From NCBI GenBank assembly GCA_003971905.1, contig RSEE01000052.1, positions 62,001 to 126,000 of the forward strand: DNA of 64,000 nt, given 5' to 3'. The notes beneath the pieces are model-generated. The model worked only from the letters and a program-made list of their open reading frames with translations. It searched no databases and had not been told where the DNA came from. Position 1 is the first letter of the stretch, and each line of letters starts with the position of its first letter. The DNA comes from Moniliella sp. 'wahieum'. Taxonomy: Eukaryota. The position numbers and the translations under genes were made by a program. Below, piece after piece: positions 1-13,405 of this stretch.

Positions 1-1108
1 CCTCACTTCGCCCCTTACCCACCAAGATGATTTACGGCCAGCCAGTGCGCTCGTGACGGTGACCCTACCTCGTGCCGATCGCGAGTTTGCTCTGCGACTG
101 TACGGAGCGGACATTACCTTTGACCCGCCCGTCTTGACGTTTGGTCAGGCGCGTTCGCGCAGCTTTAGTATGACATCGCGGGTGCTGGGGCCGAAACAGG
201 TGGTGTTTGTCCGGGCCGGACGAAGGAGTCGGTTCTACGGCGAGACGTTGACGGTGGACGCACAGCAGGGGGCTATACCACTGCCACGCAGCGCGACCGT
301 GGTGTGGTAAACGTGCGTTTATGCAACACACCTTCCTTTTGACTAGCCCTTGGGACCACGGTGCTACTCCCAGTCCTACCCCCAGCCCTGGTTTGGCCCC
401 TGGCTCTGGCGCTGTCCCTGGCTCTGGCTCTGGTCCTGGCCCTAGTTCTGGTCTGGCCCAAGTTTCCAGCACGGCGGCTGGTCGAAAGTTCTTGTTCAGC
501 TTGGAGGACGGAGAAAAGCGGTCGTTTGTGACTGACGCCTTGGCACAGCGGTTGGATGCACTTCGTCGTACGCCCATCACACCTGTACAAAAGTTACCTG
601 GAGACGGTTGGGGTAGAAGCGCTGCGGGAGGCGTTGATTGATCCTAGGACGAATCCAGTTCTCTCCAACGCAGTGTCAGTGCCAGTGCGCTTGCTCCTGG
701 ACCTGGATCGCGTCGAGTAGGGACGGGAGGACGGAGGAGCAGGAACAGGAGTGACGGCAAGGTATCGGACGTGCCCGTTTCCGCTCCTGCTGTTCCCCCT
801 CCGTCCTTGGGAGGGGGGGCACGCTTCGTCACGCCTTGGGCGGATTGACGCGCAAACTAGACCGGGTGGCTAGCTCGGCAGGTACGAGTCATCGACCCTC
901 TGTGGCGGCTATGCCCCCGAGCGAGGGACGGGAGGGGCCAAGTGCAAGTACGAGTGCCAATGCGAGTACTGCTGCAAGTGCAAGTGCGCCTCCAAATGGC
1001 AACACGGTGTCAGGCGCACCGATCACGCTTACGGGCGCAGAGATTGTGGCCATGTGCGAACACAATTCCTTGTTGGCCCCCTTTGGGCACAACGGTCGTG
1101 AAGCTTGA
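1..1108 (+). CDS. Partial hypothetical protein (5' end outside window), low-complexity C-terminal part
   Basis: ORF 53-310 joins ORF 321-641 in frame through a GT..TTGAC..TAG intron (307-346) and appears to continue through frameshifts to 1108. No recognisable domain. Confidence 0.35.
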
Positions 1109-1329
1109 TGCAAGGTGAGCCTCATCAGCTGGTGCAGTGATGAGAGCTGTTGGCCGCCTCTCCCTGAGGGTTAGAGCCCGCTGAACCCCGAACGTCCAAC
1201 TCGATCTTTGGATCCTTAATCATTGATCAAACAGTTCTAGGTACAATAACTGTCCTTCCCCCCCTCGTTTAGCATCATGTCTGCCGAGCCCGTTCTTGAA
1301 GCATACAAGACGTAATTGGTGCAACTTCT

Positions 1330-1435
1330 TATTTTGTTCTGTTCTGTTCTGTTTTGTCTGCTTATTAGGGCCGTTTTGTTCTGTTCTGCTTTGGTTTTTG
1401 GTGTGGCTTGGTTTGGTTTGGTTTGGTTTGTGGTT
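1330..1435. repeat. Degenerate pentamer microsatellite (TTCTG/TTTTG/TTTGG)n
   Basis: Directly visible tandem repeat; it explains the spurious hydrophobic ORFs at 1296-1666. Confidence 0.8.
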
Positions 1436-2637
1436 GGCTGCAGTTCATGTGGTGGTAAAAGTCGTGACAGAAACCGTATCGCATGGCCATATTACTGTGG
1501 AGTTAAAAGTGGCATGCGGGGCATATTTATCTTTCTTCCTCCTTTTCCGTCTGTCCGTCCTCCTCGCGCCCCTCCCCCCCGTTCTCTCAACCCACTGGTT
1601 TTTTTGTTGAACAAATGCATAGGGCATGTAGGTGGACGAGGGCTATCTTGTTCCTGTATACCATAGCAGAAAGAGCCGATACAAGCCTGAAGCTTGATTG
1701 AAGCTATCCTGGCACATGCATCAACTCTTACGATCCCTCTGATCCTTGTTTTGTCTTCCCTCCGACCGTCGCCATACACTGCACAGCTCCACCGATGCTC
1801 GTCCATTTTCTCTTCGAGATAGGTTTGCTCTCATCCCTTTTATTGGGTCCGAAACTGTGTGAGGAGAGGACGATTCTGAATCGAGGGATTGGGGGTCCCC
1901 ATCGTTGTTTCGTATCCTTGAGCTACCATCTGCATGGGACCGACGACTGCAACGGCCTTATTGGTGGAGAACCTAGCATACGGACGGGGCAGAAAGCGGA
2001 TCTGAAATGAACGTTGAACGTTGAACGCTGATCGATGATCGATGATGCGAGTTTTGAAATGTATAGCTGCTACTCCTGCGGGCAGGCACAGGCAGGCAAC
2101 ACCGTCTGCACTAGTAAGTGTTGGAGAAACGACACAAAAGGTTTTGTCGGCAGCCTGGGGAGGCTGTGCCGCGTGTTCTGGGTTGCAAAGGAGAGGCATT
2201 TCACCCGCAAGACTGGGTTCATAACATCATGTCGTACAAGAACAGTGGTATGGACCTCCGAGACGGCGCTACAGAGGGGCTAGATCTGAGAAAGGAGGCG
2301 ACACCCGCCCCTTAGAAGATGCAACCGCTGGAGCAGCCGTCAGCCTCGAGGGGCCCATACACGCAATATGGGGGCTCGGGCACAACTCGAATATTGTGAA
2401 CACCCCAAGCAGAGAACATGTATTGTTGTCCACCATCCGCAATTCCTAGCTCCCTGCTTCTTTTGCCCTCTTCCTCGTCATGGACGCATCAGGTCTCGCC
2501 ACCCCCAAATCACAGTCGACGGCGCCGTCCAAACGCCGCGAAGGAGCCCCTATCCCCCCGCTAGCGCTAGTGTACGCTTTGCGCGATCATTTACCACCCT
2601 CGTGCCGCTCCGGATCCATCTAAGGAGCAACAATTCA

Positions 2638-5600
2638 ATGCTCTCCCAACCTTTTCCATCCAGAATGGCCTTGCTTCCTCGTAAGAATCAAGTGCCACTG
2701 TTGCGTCGTCCCTCGGATACGGCTTTTTTTGCCCAAAGTCCTCGGGGCACGGAGTATTCCCCAATCACAAGCGACCCATTGTTTCCTTGGTTGGGACCTT
2801 CTACACCAGCAAGTGCACAGTACGTTCTTCACTTTCAGCCCATGGGTGCGTTTTCGACTTTCACGAACACAGGAAAAACATCCAGAGGGACTGGCTGAGC
2901 TTAGAGAAGAAGCTCTATCCTTTGGTATTTCTCTCGGTCCCAACCCAACAGGACTCACGTCGACCTTTGAAGATTCCGACGAGGATGAAGAGGAGGTGCC
3001 TACGTTGACCAGTGAGAAGGATAGTCTCCGGAAGATCAAGAATGGCTTTCGGTCTCTCGGAAGGTCTGCCAAGCCTCCTTTTCCTCCAGTAACGCCCCAC
3101 ATTGCAAAAGACGACACATACTTTGGGGTGCAGGGACTCGGAGGGCACCATGGAATCGACGGCTTCGCTCCCAAGTAGGGCGAGAATCATTCCTCCTTCT
3201 ACACCAGGGCGTGGGTCTGACTTGGTCTGCCTTGTCCCTTTACGAGAAGGGAGATAACGCCGCCTCCACCTTTCCAAGAGTGGGGCATCAACGCAGCCTC
3301 CTCGGGCTTCCCTATGTTTTTCTCCATTCCGCACTGGAGGAAAGAGATCCTTGGTAGAACCCCGTCGAAGCCCAAGGCAAATGGGACTTGGTGGGTTAAG
3401 TGCCCACGACGGTACCCCACCACTCGTGCCGGGGTCATAAGCCCCGACTTGCCCCCAGTCCTACGCTAGCCACGCAACGCGCTCAAAAGAGGGTGGAGTC
3501 CAGGCCGAAGACTTATTCGACCGAATGGCTTCTACTAAACTCTCCTCTAAGGCTCGGGGAAATCGCGAAGCTTCGGTCCCCCTGCTTCATGAGGGTGCCA
3601 GACCAGAAGGAATCTTCAATCCAGGATACGTCATTGAAGGTATCTCTTCCTGACCGACCTAGTACGGTGATGGACATCGCTAGCCCTGGAGTGAAGTATT
3701 TCATCTCACCTGTCACGTCGGTTTCTCAGCCCGTTCAGCTTCGACGCAGATAGGACAGCTCAATGTCCTCCATCCACCGTGGTCGACAGAATCGAACGCC
3801 CGCCGGGACGTCTCCCAAACAAGAGCAAGTCAGTTGCTTGCTTCTCTTTGGCAGAGATCGAGTCACAAGCCAAGCAAGGGGGGCAACAATCGACACACAA
3901 TCCGGGAAGCTCATACCACTCTTCCATCACCAGGTACATGCCCCATGCCAGCCCCACTGGAGCTGGACGAACCACCCACTTCATCGGAATGGGCTCAAGA
4001 ATCTCCTACGGTCCTTTGTATGGACTCGGCAGTTTTGCCGAGTGCGCCCCCCCAGCCTGGTGAGGAGGGGGGACTTGTGCCTGAGGTGGAAGAAGAGAAC
4101 CTGATCACGTCCGAGTCGGAGGAAGACCTACAACCTGAACCGCTTCCTGAATCAAGCTTGAAGAACCATCAAATTTGATCCGTGGTATGACGGGACGTCG
4201 AGCAAAAAACCAACAAATCCCGGTTAGTGTATCTTCATTATCGAGTCTGTGCTCCCCACTTGGCACAAATGGAAGCCAGGACAAGGATCAGCGTCATCTT
4301 TCTCTCTCTTTGTTGGTACCCCTCTCTTCCTTCCCCGCACCACAAAATTCGAGGAAAGAAAGGCCAGCGATCAAGGCAAGTTAGGGATTCATTCATCATC
4401 TCTCTATGTTGATGAGCCTGTTAACACTCATTACTGGCTTTACACCCTTCTATTTCGAGGGATTCGCTTGGGGATGAGAAAGAGGAGAAAGCACCGCCCT
4501 GGATTTGGGAGATGGTCGCATACGGAAAGGAAGGTTCTCAGAAGGTGAGGCTTTCAATCGAAAGCAGTACGTTCTTCCCTTCGCTTGACACGCTATGTGG
4601 TCCCCCTACGCTCCCAAACAGGGCCAGTTCAGTGCATTCCTCCGTACCCTTATGAAGCAGCGGAATGAAACACCGAAACTGCTCCTTCTACCCGGCCGGT
4701 ATCGCCTACAAGCGGTGAAAATGAGAAACTATGGCCTCTTGCTTCGTCACCCAAAGAGTCCCATACCAAAGGCACGCATTTTTCTGGTACCATGGGAAAC
4801 ACGTCTGTTGGCATGGGGAGCACTTCTGTTGGATTGACGATCAACACAGCTGCCGCCACGGAATGGGCCCTGTCGCCTGCACCCAAATCGTCTTCCCACT
4901 CCAATTGGCGCAGCAGCACAGGAACGTCACCTTATCCCACCTGCATTAGTCCCAATAATTTCGGGATCCACGATCGTGCACGACGTGCCAGCAGCAGTTT
5001 TGCCGAGGGGGTCAGTTCGGCAAACATCAGCCACTCTGTCTGAATCTCTTTGGGAGAAGACCTGTTTGGCCTGAATTCGTTCGAGCTTGCACCCCTGAGC
5101 GTCTCTTCGGCTACGAGTGGTGGATTCTTAGCAGTTCCCTCTCCCTTCCCTCCCGCTACATCTTTACAGCAACGGTGCGAGGGACCTTCTCCAAAGAAGG
5201 TAGTTATCTCGACATGCTGGATGAAGACGAGGACGAACCCGCCCTGTCTTCTCAATTTGTCCCGCACTCTCAGATCCGAATTGTCATGCTGAAGAGGAGG
5301 CGGCCGTCGAAGATGACTGCTGTCTCCACATTCGACTTCATCGCCCCGCCCACCTATACCCCGCCCTTCTTTCTTTGCTTGCAACCGACACGATTCTCGA
5401 TCCGGAACCTCTTCATGATGTGGATTATAAGGCAGTGCAGATGGAGGCGGCATTGCTTGGCTACAAACCGAGCGACTTGGGTGTCGAGTGTTTTGACTTT
5501 TGCGGTATCAATGGATCCGATTCTTCCCAGTATGAAGAGTCTTCTTCGGTTTTTATCTCAGCACATTGGGGGTGCTTTGTGTTTTCTCCTTTCAGTGGGG

Positions 5601-5698
5601 ATGATGCACTGATTGTGTGTTACCAAAATACTACACCTCACAAGAAGAGGGGATATTGGTGTAGCCGCAGGCATTATTCCTGTAGAAGTATATACTAA
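2638..5698 (+). CDS. Large hypothetical, largely disordered protein broken by frameshifts (or a pseudogene)
   Basis: Chain of overlapping plus-strand ORFs with protein-like S/P/acidic composition (e.g. FEDSDEDEEEVP, VEEENLITSESEEDL). No family recognised; boundaries uncertain. Confidence 0.3.
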
Positions 5699-6188
5699 TA
5701 GTGTGGGTGGTGCCCTATCATTGGCACGATGGACTTGGTGTTTGGCGAGGTGTGGACCGCTAATGCCCGTGTTGGGATGCCTGGCCTGCAAACCATGCGC
5801 GCTCCAAGTCGATCGCCTGTGCCCATTGGGGGTGGGGCGGGGGGATATGCAGCCGCTACGTGCTGAGGCTGAGCCGGGTGGTAAACAAACGAGAACGCGA
5901 GGGCTTGGACAGCTCGAAGGGCCTGAACAATTTAATGGAAAGGAAGCGGAGTTGGCTGACATGTGAGATATTGACACTCAATCACCTGCGATGACGTTTA
6001 GCGGGAGTGGGCGTGTGCGCAGCAGCGGGGCGGGCGCCACTGGGCGGAGCTTGCTGGAGCGCTGAAGCTTGAAGCTCTGCGCGCTCCGCCGGCCCCTCGC
6101 CACCTCCACCGTCGGCCATGGCCCTCTGACCCACCCGTCCATCCTCGTTCTTACTGCCCCCTCCACCACTTAAGTACCGTCCGCAGCC

Positions 6189-7409
6189 ATGGCGCTCGCC
6201 ACGCTCGCCGCGTTGGGTTGGCAGTCTGCCCGCCGCTGGTGTACGCGAACAAGCCTACCGGATGTACCAGCGCCAGGATAGCCGTGGGTTCGCCAAGGAA
6301 GTGTGTGGCGTCTTGCTTTTTGCCAATGGGGCACGTGTGCTCTGGTGGTTCTCCGAGCGCTACGAAACACCACTCTTGGTCCAGGCTTACTGATGATTGC
6401 CGCCCAACTCTTTCTCCTCTATCTGTGCATCCGCTTCATGCCTGCCGCACCTGTCTCTGAGCTACGATCCAGTGGGGCCAATCCAGAGCCTGTGTTTGAT
6501 GCTCAGGAAGAACAGACGCTGTATCCTCCTCCTCGGACACCACGTTTCCAAATGCGTGTCGACCCGCCCCCGGAAGAAATCCAAACTGAGGAGGGAGAGG
6601 GACACCATGCACCTTCGCATTCCGTTCCGGACTATGACGATGTTCCTTCTTCGCAGGGACGTTGGACGTCCATGCACCGTTTTCTCCGACATCTACGGAC
6701 CTCGCCTCCTGGCTGGCATCGTCCGTTCAACCTCTGGAACTGGCCTCACTTTTCCACGTGTGTAGCTTCCCACTCCCAATTGAAGCACTTAAGGCTGACC
6801 CACCGACAGATATGCAGCCGTCTACGCTGGCTACATGGCCATCCTCGCCATCTTACAGGTCGCCTTGGGCTGGTCCAAGGCGTACAATGCCGTGCTTGGT
6901 ACGTGGGCTATGGGAGTGGAAGCTCTGCTTCCTCTGCCGCAACTCGTTCAAAACCAAAAGCGCAAGTCGCTTTCGGGTTTCCAGCTCTCTGTCCTGGCCG
7001 GTTGGACAGGCGGAGATGCATTCAAGACAGTGTACCGTGTTATTCGCAAGGCACCATTGCAGTTTACTGTTTTTGGCGCGTTCCAATTAACTGTTGATCT
7101 TGCCATTTGCGTCCAGGCATATCTCTTCCGCTCCCAGACGGCGCAGGACAACGCCCTTCTTACCTCTGAGGGGGGCTAGCCCTAGTGCATTTCTCCAAGA
7201 GGTTCTCCACGCTCCAGGGATCCCCTTGCGTGGCGACCCACTTTCTCATACTGGTTCAGCAGATGAGGTGGAACTCTTGCCCCGTTCTTCAGAGGCAAGC
7301 GAACGCGATATTACGTCCCCCCCAAACAGTCTCTGGAACAGGCTTCTCGCGCGTCGGTGCCGGACGAATCACCCTACGCTATTGGGCGGACGATGAAGAA
7401 AAAGACTAG
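6189..7409 (+). CDS. PQ-loop repeat membrane protein (Any1/PQLC1-like)
   Basis: N-terminal ..PPLVYAxQ..RQDSRGFAKEVCGVLLFAN.. and second repeat EALLPLPQL..KSLSGFQLSVLAGWTGGDAFKT..FQLTVDL. Intron about 6757-6809. The C-terminus ends at 7179 or 7409 depending on a homopolymer indel. Confidence 0.8.
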
Positions 7410-7764
7410 CGCATGCCATGGTTTAAGATCAAGGGAAGGATGCCGACTAGGCAGGCTGCAGAGTGGGGCAGGAAATGAAAGCGTGCAAATGGAATCGGGA
7501 GAGAGGGCTCATAGGTCGTGCATGAGCCGTTCGTCAGCAGAGAACGCTGCTTTCTTCTACTAGTTAAGGCGCGCCATGCACCTTTCCACCATCCATCTCA
7601 TCTCAAGCATGGGTATTATCTTAAGACGTCAGGCAGCGCGACATGCTCGGGGGCAAATATGCCCTACAGACCAGGAGGCCGTGATTCATTTTTCCAGTGT
7701 CAGCGGATGAGCCTTAGCGCATCAGCCTCAGCCGCTCCGCCATTCGTTGGGGTGGTGACCCATC

Positions 7765-8899
7765 TCAGAGCGCTTGATGATCTCGTCCGTAAATGCACGA
7801 GTGCCCAGCGAGCCTCCCAGGTCCCCTGTGCGTTGGCCTTGAGCAATTGCCTTGAAGACCAGCCGCCTCGATCTTGTCGGCCTTGTCAAACAGGCTCATG
7901 TGGCGCAGCATCATGATCGACGACAGCAGCAGTGCGGTGGGGTTGGCCTTGTCCATCCCCGCATGTCCGGGGCTGAACCATGCACGGCCTCGAAGATGCT
8001 GGCGTCATAGCCAATTTACCCGACGGGGTCAGGCCCAGGCCACCGATCAGACCGGCGCACATGTCGGACAAGATGTCCCATACAAGTTGGGCATCACCAT
8101 CACCCGGTCCGAGTAGGGTGCCGGGTCCTGCACGATCCGTAAGCAGGCGCGGTCCAGCAGATCCTCGTCGTACGCAATGTCTGGGTACTCCTTGGCGACG
8201 GCGCGGCAGGCGTGCAGGAACATGCCGTCCGACATGCGCATAATGTTGGCCTTGTGCACCGCCGTCACGCGCTTGCCGCCCGCTCTGCTGCGCGTGGTGG
8301 AACGCGTACCGAGCAACCCGCTCAGGACGCCTCGAGAGTGATCAGCTGATCGACTGGACCACCCATCGACAATCTCGTGCTCAATGCCCGAGTACTCGCC
8401 CTCGGTGTTCTCGCGGATGAGGACAGTGTTGACATTGTCATAGGCCGTCTTGAAGCCCTCGATCGACGACAAGGACGCACGTTGGCGTACAGCTTGAACG
8501 TCCGCGCAGCGTCAGGTTGAAGCGTGGCCCTTGCCCACTGGGTGGCAAGGGACCCTTGAGGGCAACCGTGTTCTGACGAATGCTCTTGACCGCATCAGCA
8601 GGGATGGGGACTTGCCCTGCTCGTTGATGTAAGGGGTAACCTCAACCTCCTCCCACTTGATGGGCACGCCGGCAGCGTGGTAATGTTCTTGACGGCGTCA
8701 GCGACCTCGGGGCCAATGCCGTCACCAGGGATGAGGGTGACGAGGTACTTGCCGTCGGCCTCGGGCTTCTTGCGTACGCGGTGGTGATGCCGCCGCGGGG
8801 GTCTGGAGGCCGCGGCTGCGGGCAGGGATGGCGGCGCGCCACGGGACGGAGGGAGCGGCACGCACGCCAGCGCGAAGGGTGGGGAGGCAAGCTGGACAC
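7765..8899 (-). CDS. IDH2: NAD-dependent isocitrate dehydrogenase subunit 2 (catalytic), mitochondrial
   Basis: Motifs [63 protein letters not shown] and [11 protein letters not shown] across frameshifts. The start codon reads as GTG, possibly an error. Confidence 0.9.
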
Positions 8900-9465
8900 G
8901 AGATGGAGTGGTGGAGCGGCGCGGGAACCGACGGGAGGAAAAAGATGGCAGCAATCCTTGGCTTAGTCTGCTGCGCTCGATCGAACCGCGTGCGGCAGCA
9001 GCAGCAGTGCGGACGCAGCACTGGCGCCGTGCTGGGCGCGGGAGCCACACTCGCCATGCGCCTGTGTCGTCACATTTCATTTCATCACTTCTATTGCTTC
9101 CTTCGCGTTGTCCTTGCGTTCCATGGGCCCCGTGTCATTCGGCCTGACGCGTGACGAGCCACCACACGCTGACGAGCATCTCCACCGGGTGGGCCCATTG
9201 CCCATCGCGCCTAGCGTCCATTCCACGCCGGTTGGTGGGGCGCATAGCTGATGGCCCGCGGCCGCCCTACCCGGCGTGTCCGTAGCTGACGTAGCAGCGA
9301 AGGAGAAGCAAAAGATGCCAGAATGTCCAAAACAAAAGGAAACCAAAAGAAACTCGAAATCTCAAGAAAACTCACTCACCAGAACGAAAACAGCGTCGAG
9401 CCAGCAGACTTCGCGTCGCCCTAACCCTCTCTGATCCCGTCTCCTTCCACCACCACTCATTTCCC
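8900..9465. promoter_or_regulatory. Bidirectional promoter shared by IDH2 and IDH1
   Basis: About 570 bp between divergent start codons; contains several TGACG half-sites (about 9145-9175 and 9287). Confidence 0.6.
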
Positions 9466-10691
9466 ATGGCCCTCCCTCGCAGCCTTGGTCTTGCCCACAC
9501 GCTCCGTGCCGCGGCTGTGCCGCGTCTCGCCACGGCGTATGTCTACCCCTGAGCATGGAAGGCGCCCCTCCCCTGCCCAAGAAGTACGGCGGTGTATCCG
9601 TCGTCACCCTCTGCCCTGGTGATGGCATTGGGAAGGAGGTAACCCATTCGGTCAAGCAGGTCTTCGAGTCGATCAGCGTTCCCGTCGAGTGGGAGGAGTT
9701 TGATGTCTCCGGCGAGACGCGCGGCAGCGAGGCCCTGTTCCAGACGCAATGCAGTCTCTCCAGCGCAACAAGGTCGGCCTGAAGGGTACGTTTCCCCCCC
9801 CCTCTCCCTTTCTCCTTGTATCCCCCCTCCCCCCTGCTTCCCCCGCTCTCTGCCAGATCGGAAACGATCTGACATGACTCGTACCCAGGTATCTTCTACA
9901 CCCCCATCGAGGCTGGCAGTCACAACTCGTGGAACGTGGCCATGCGTCAACAGCTCGACATTTACGCCTCGATGGTCCTTTGCAAGACTCTTCCGGCCAC
10001 GCTACGCGTCACCCCAACGTGGACTTTGTCATCATTCGTGAAAACACGAGGGCGAATACTCGGGTCTGGAGCACCAGTCCTACCCTGGAGTGGTCGAGTC
10101 GCTCAAGGTATCGACCGGGCCAAGGCCGAGCGGATTGCGCGGTTGCGTTTGACTTTGCTGTGCGCAACGGGCGCAAAAAGGTGACGTGTTGCACAAGGCC
10201 AACATTATGAAGCTGGGTGACGGTCTCTTCCTCCGCACGTTTAACGAGGTGGCGAAGGAGTACACTCACGCCAGGATCGAGCACAACGCGATGATTGTCG
10301 ACAACACCTCCATGCAGCTGGTCAGCAACCCGCAGCAGTTCGACGTGGTGGTTACCCCCAACTTGTATGGCAACATTGTATCCAACATTGGTGCTGCGCT
10401 GGTGGGTGGGCCGGGTGTGATCCCCGGCGCGAACATTGGTCGGGAGTATGCGCTGTACGAGCCTGGCTGCCGCCATGTGGCCAAGGACATTGAGGGGACG
10501 GGCAAGGCGAACCCGACGGCGATGCTGCTTTCGTCGACGATGATGCTGCGGCACCTGGGGCTCAACGAGCACGCCAACGCGATTGCCAACTCGCTGTACA
10601 ACGTCATCGCGGAGAAGCGGATTGGCACGCCGGACATTGGCGCACGGCGACGACGCAGGAGTTCACCGACGCGGTGATCAAGAACTTGTGA
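9466..10691 (+). CDS. IDH1: NAD-dependent isocitrate dehydrogenase subunit 1 (regulatory), mitochondrial
   Basis: PKKYGGVSVVTLCPGDGIGKE, SHNSWNVAMRQQLDIYAS, HKANIMKLGDGLFL, MIVDNTSMQLV, YEPGCRHVAKDI. Intron about 9786-9888. Confidence 0.92.
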
Positions 10692-11092
10692 GTATGCGGG
10701 AGAACATATAAGCCAAAGATGTGGTTGCCCCTGGCTGGGCGAGCGGAAGGGGGCTGGGTTGGGATTAGATGTGGATAGCCGGAGTGTGGGCGGCGCAGCC
10801 GTGCTGAGCTGAGGCGCTGCGGCGGCCAGGAACAGCGAGAGCGAGGGCAGGTGGCTGGATTGAAACATTGGCGCTGATCGATGATCGATGCAGGGAGCCA
10901 AGCAGCTCTTACTCGCGCCCACACTGGCGCCGTGGCAGGCCGCCGCAGACCGGGCCGGCGAGCCTGCGCTTGGCAGCCACAACTGCCACCCAACACCCAC
11001 CTGCGCTTGCCACCCCCCCCCCCCCCACCACCCTCAAAGCCCTCCGCCACCTGCCCCCGGGCGCCCCCACCGCCCCCCCCCTCCCCCTCCCA

Positions 11093-13405
11093 ATGCGTCC
11101 TTTCGGCGCGCCCCGCCGCCGGCTCGCTCCGCCGACGACGACGACGTGGTGCCGCTGCTGCCTCTCGGCACCCCTGCCCTCCCCCTGCGCCGGCTCCCGA
11201 CCCGCGCTTCACGCTCGACGACGACGACGTCTTTGGGCCGGACTCAAGCCCACACAACAACAGCCATGCCATTCACGACTACGATGTCGAGGCACATGCC
11301 GACGCCATGCCCTTGCTCGGCCACCCCATGCTTCCGCCTGTCGCCACCCCCTCGGGGTCGCAGCACGCCTATCCACCTCTTCGCCACGAGCAAGGAGGCG
11401 AAGAGCCATCGAAGCTGTTCCCGCCCCTACCTCCTTCATACTACGACGCGATGCGTCCTGTCGAAAAGAAGGGCTTTGCCGCGTCCTTTGCCGAGTTCCG
11501 CCGCGAGTTTCGAGAACATATGAGCGGCATGCCCCAGTACGTGCCCGACTGGATCCGAGACGCCGGCGCCGCCGTCAAGCTCAAGGCTTACCGCCTCTAC
11601 CACCTCCTTACCCCGCACTCGCGCATCGCCCATATGAGCTACCTCGTAGCTGGCCTTTGGCTGCTTGTCGTCTTCACTGGCCCTGTGTTCGAGGCCACCT
11701 CGGACCCCCCATGTCGGACGACCCGTGGGACTGGGCAGGATCGCCCGTCAACCGTCGCCCGCCCACTCCCTTCATGGGAGACGGCTTGGTCCAGAAGAAC
11801 GCCAGCTGGGCTCATAAGGGATGCGTAACCGAAGCCGATGCTTCCTCTTGGGCTTGGTTTACCTGGTGCCACGCACTCACCGAGTTCTACCTTCCCCTCA
11901 CTGGCGATGGCGTCACGGGGCACGTCTACTTCCTCTCCGACCCACCACCGCCTTTGCCCCCCCTCCCGGGCTCGCATGCCCGGCGTGATGAGGAGGTCCG
12001 TGCGGATTCTCCGCCGCCCCTTCGTCGCCTCCATCTGCTTCGCCTCCAGCGGCCTCCGAACGCGACGACCGCGGCTCCGTGCATGGCACTCTGCGCATCG
12101 TCGAGTACGTTCCGGACCCTAGTTACCCAGAAGAGCACAAATCGGCAGCCCGGGTCAGTGTGAAGGCCAAGTACCTGATGGCCGCTGAAGAGTACTTTTA
12201 CGTCCACCGTCGTGCACCTGGCCCGGAATGGCGACCAAGGAATCGGGATCTACACCCGTCCCCCACCCTCTGTTAGGTCCAGCAAGACCGCCCGCGGACA
12301 AGGGCACCGCTCTCCCCTCATGTTCGATGTGACGGTGCGTGTGCCCAAGGCTTCCGCCATGCGCGGATCAACGTCACCACCTCCAGCATGGATGTTATCC
12401 TGTTTGATACGCTCACCAGTGTTTCTCCTCTTGGCGACGGTCCGACCTCACACCGGCCGTGCGTGCCAACGAACCCGATACTCCGACTGACCCGTATGTC
12501 GACAAGCTCACGATCAGCACAGGTGCTGGCTTTGTTGGCATCGGGAGCAAGTTGGGGCGGCCTTTAGTGGTGTCGGACCGGGTCGATCTATCCTCCGACC
12601 AAACACGGTCGCCCTCGCCGGCGTGGTCGAAGCAAAGAATGGGTTCACACTTTCTGCCAACCAGGGAGATATCCGTTTCCTCCCTGGTGCCCAAGCTTCC
12701 TCTTCAACCCAGGGGAAACTCCTGACCCAAACCGAGATTATCCTCATGCCCGAAGCCAAGGTTGTCGCACCTACCATTGTGGCCGAGGCTCGAGCGTTCC
12801 AAGTCCACCATCATGGCAAGGAACCGGGTAGTTGGAACCCATCCAAGTCCCTCTCGCTCCAGGCGAAGAGCAACCTCGAGGCGCACATTCGTATTCCCTC
12901 TTCTTCGGGCGTGGACATCTCTGCCTCGACGCACGCTGGCAATATGGATTTCCTACTGGAGGACGTGGCGTTTGGCACGCCCGTTCGCCAACGTTTCCTG
13001 CGACAAGGCATGCGGGGTCTCCCTTGGTCCGACCTATGTCGGTTCGGTGTTCCTCCGCGGTCCTTCCGGAGGCGGCGAGGGCAGCGCACCTACGTATTTC
13101 GATCCTCTTCCCAGCGCAACCAAATCCAAGGCAAAGGCAAACCCGTTCTTGAACTTCCTCGCCCAGCTACCGAGAGGAAGATCGACCCGGCCCCCGTTGC
13201 CGGCCCGTCCCCACCATGGGCCCCCACGCCCGCTTTGAGTGGCGCAGTGGATCGTCTCCTGTGGCGCCCAGCCGGGACGGGGAGGACGCTGGCCAGCTCC
13301 AAGCTCAGACCAATGGGTCGTCGATTTTCGTCGCGGGACGGTCGGAGGCACGTGCGGTCCTGCTCTGATTGCCTTTTTGCGCCCCAGGCTAAGGCTTCAA
13401 CTTGA
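11093..13405 (+). CDS. Hypothetical single-pass membrane protein with Pro-rich N-terminus and beta-rich C-terminal region
   Basis: Frameshift-linked ORFs; one hydrophobic segment (MSYLVAGLWLLVVFTGPVF) at about 11633-11690. End uncertain. Confidence 0.5.

Noticed and set aside
1296..1666. Hydrophobic membrane-protein ORFs
   Set aside because: They are translations of a pentamer microsatellite.
1790..1900. Possible third copy of the 49.4/60.7 kb relic
   Set aside because: Only a short match (CTCATCCCT..TCCGAA), too weak to call by eye.
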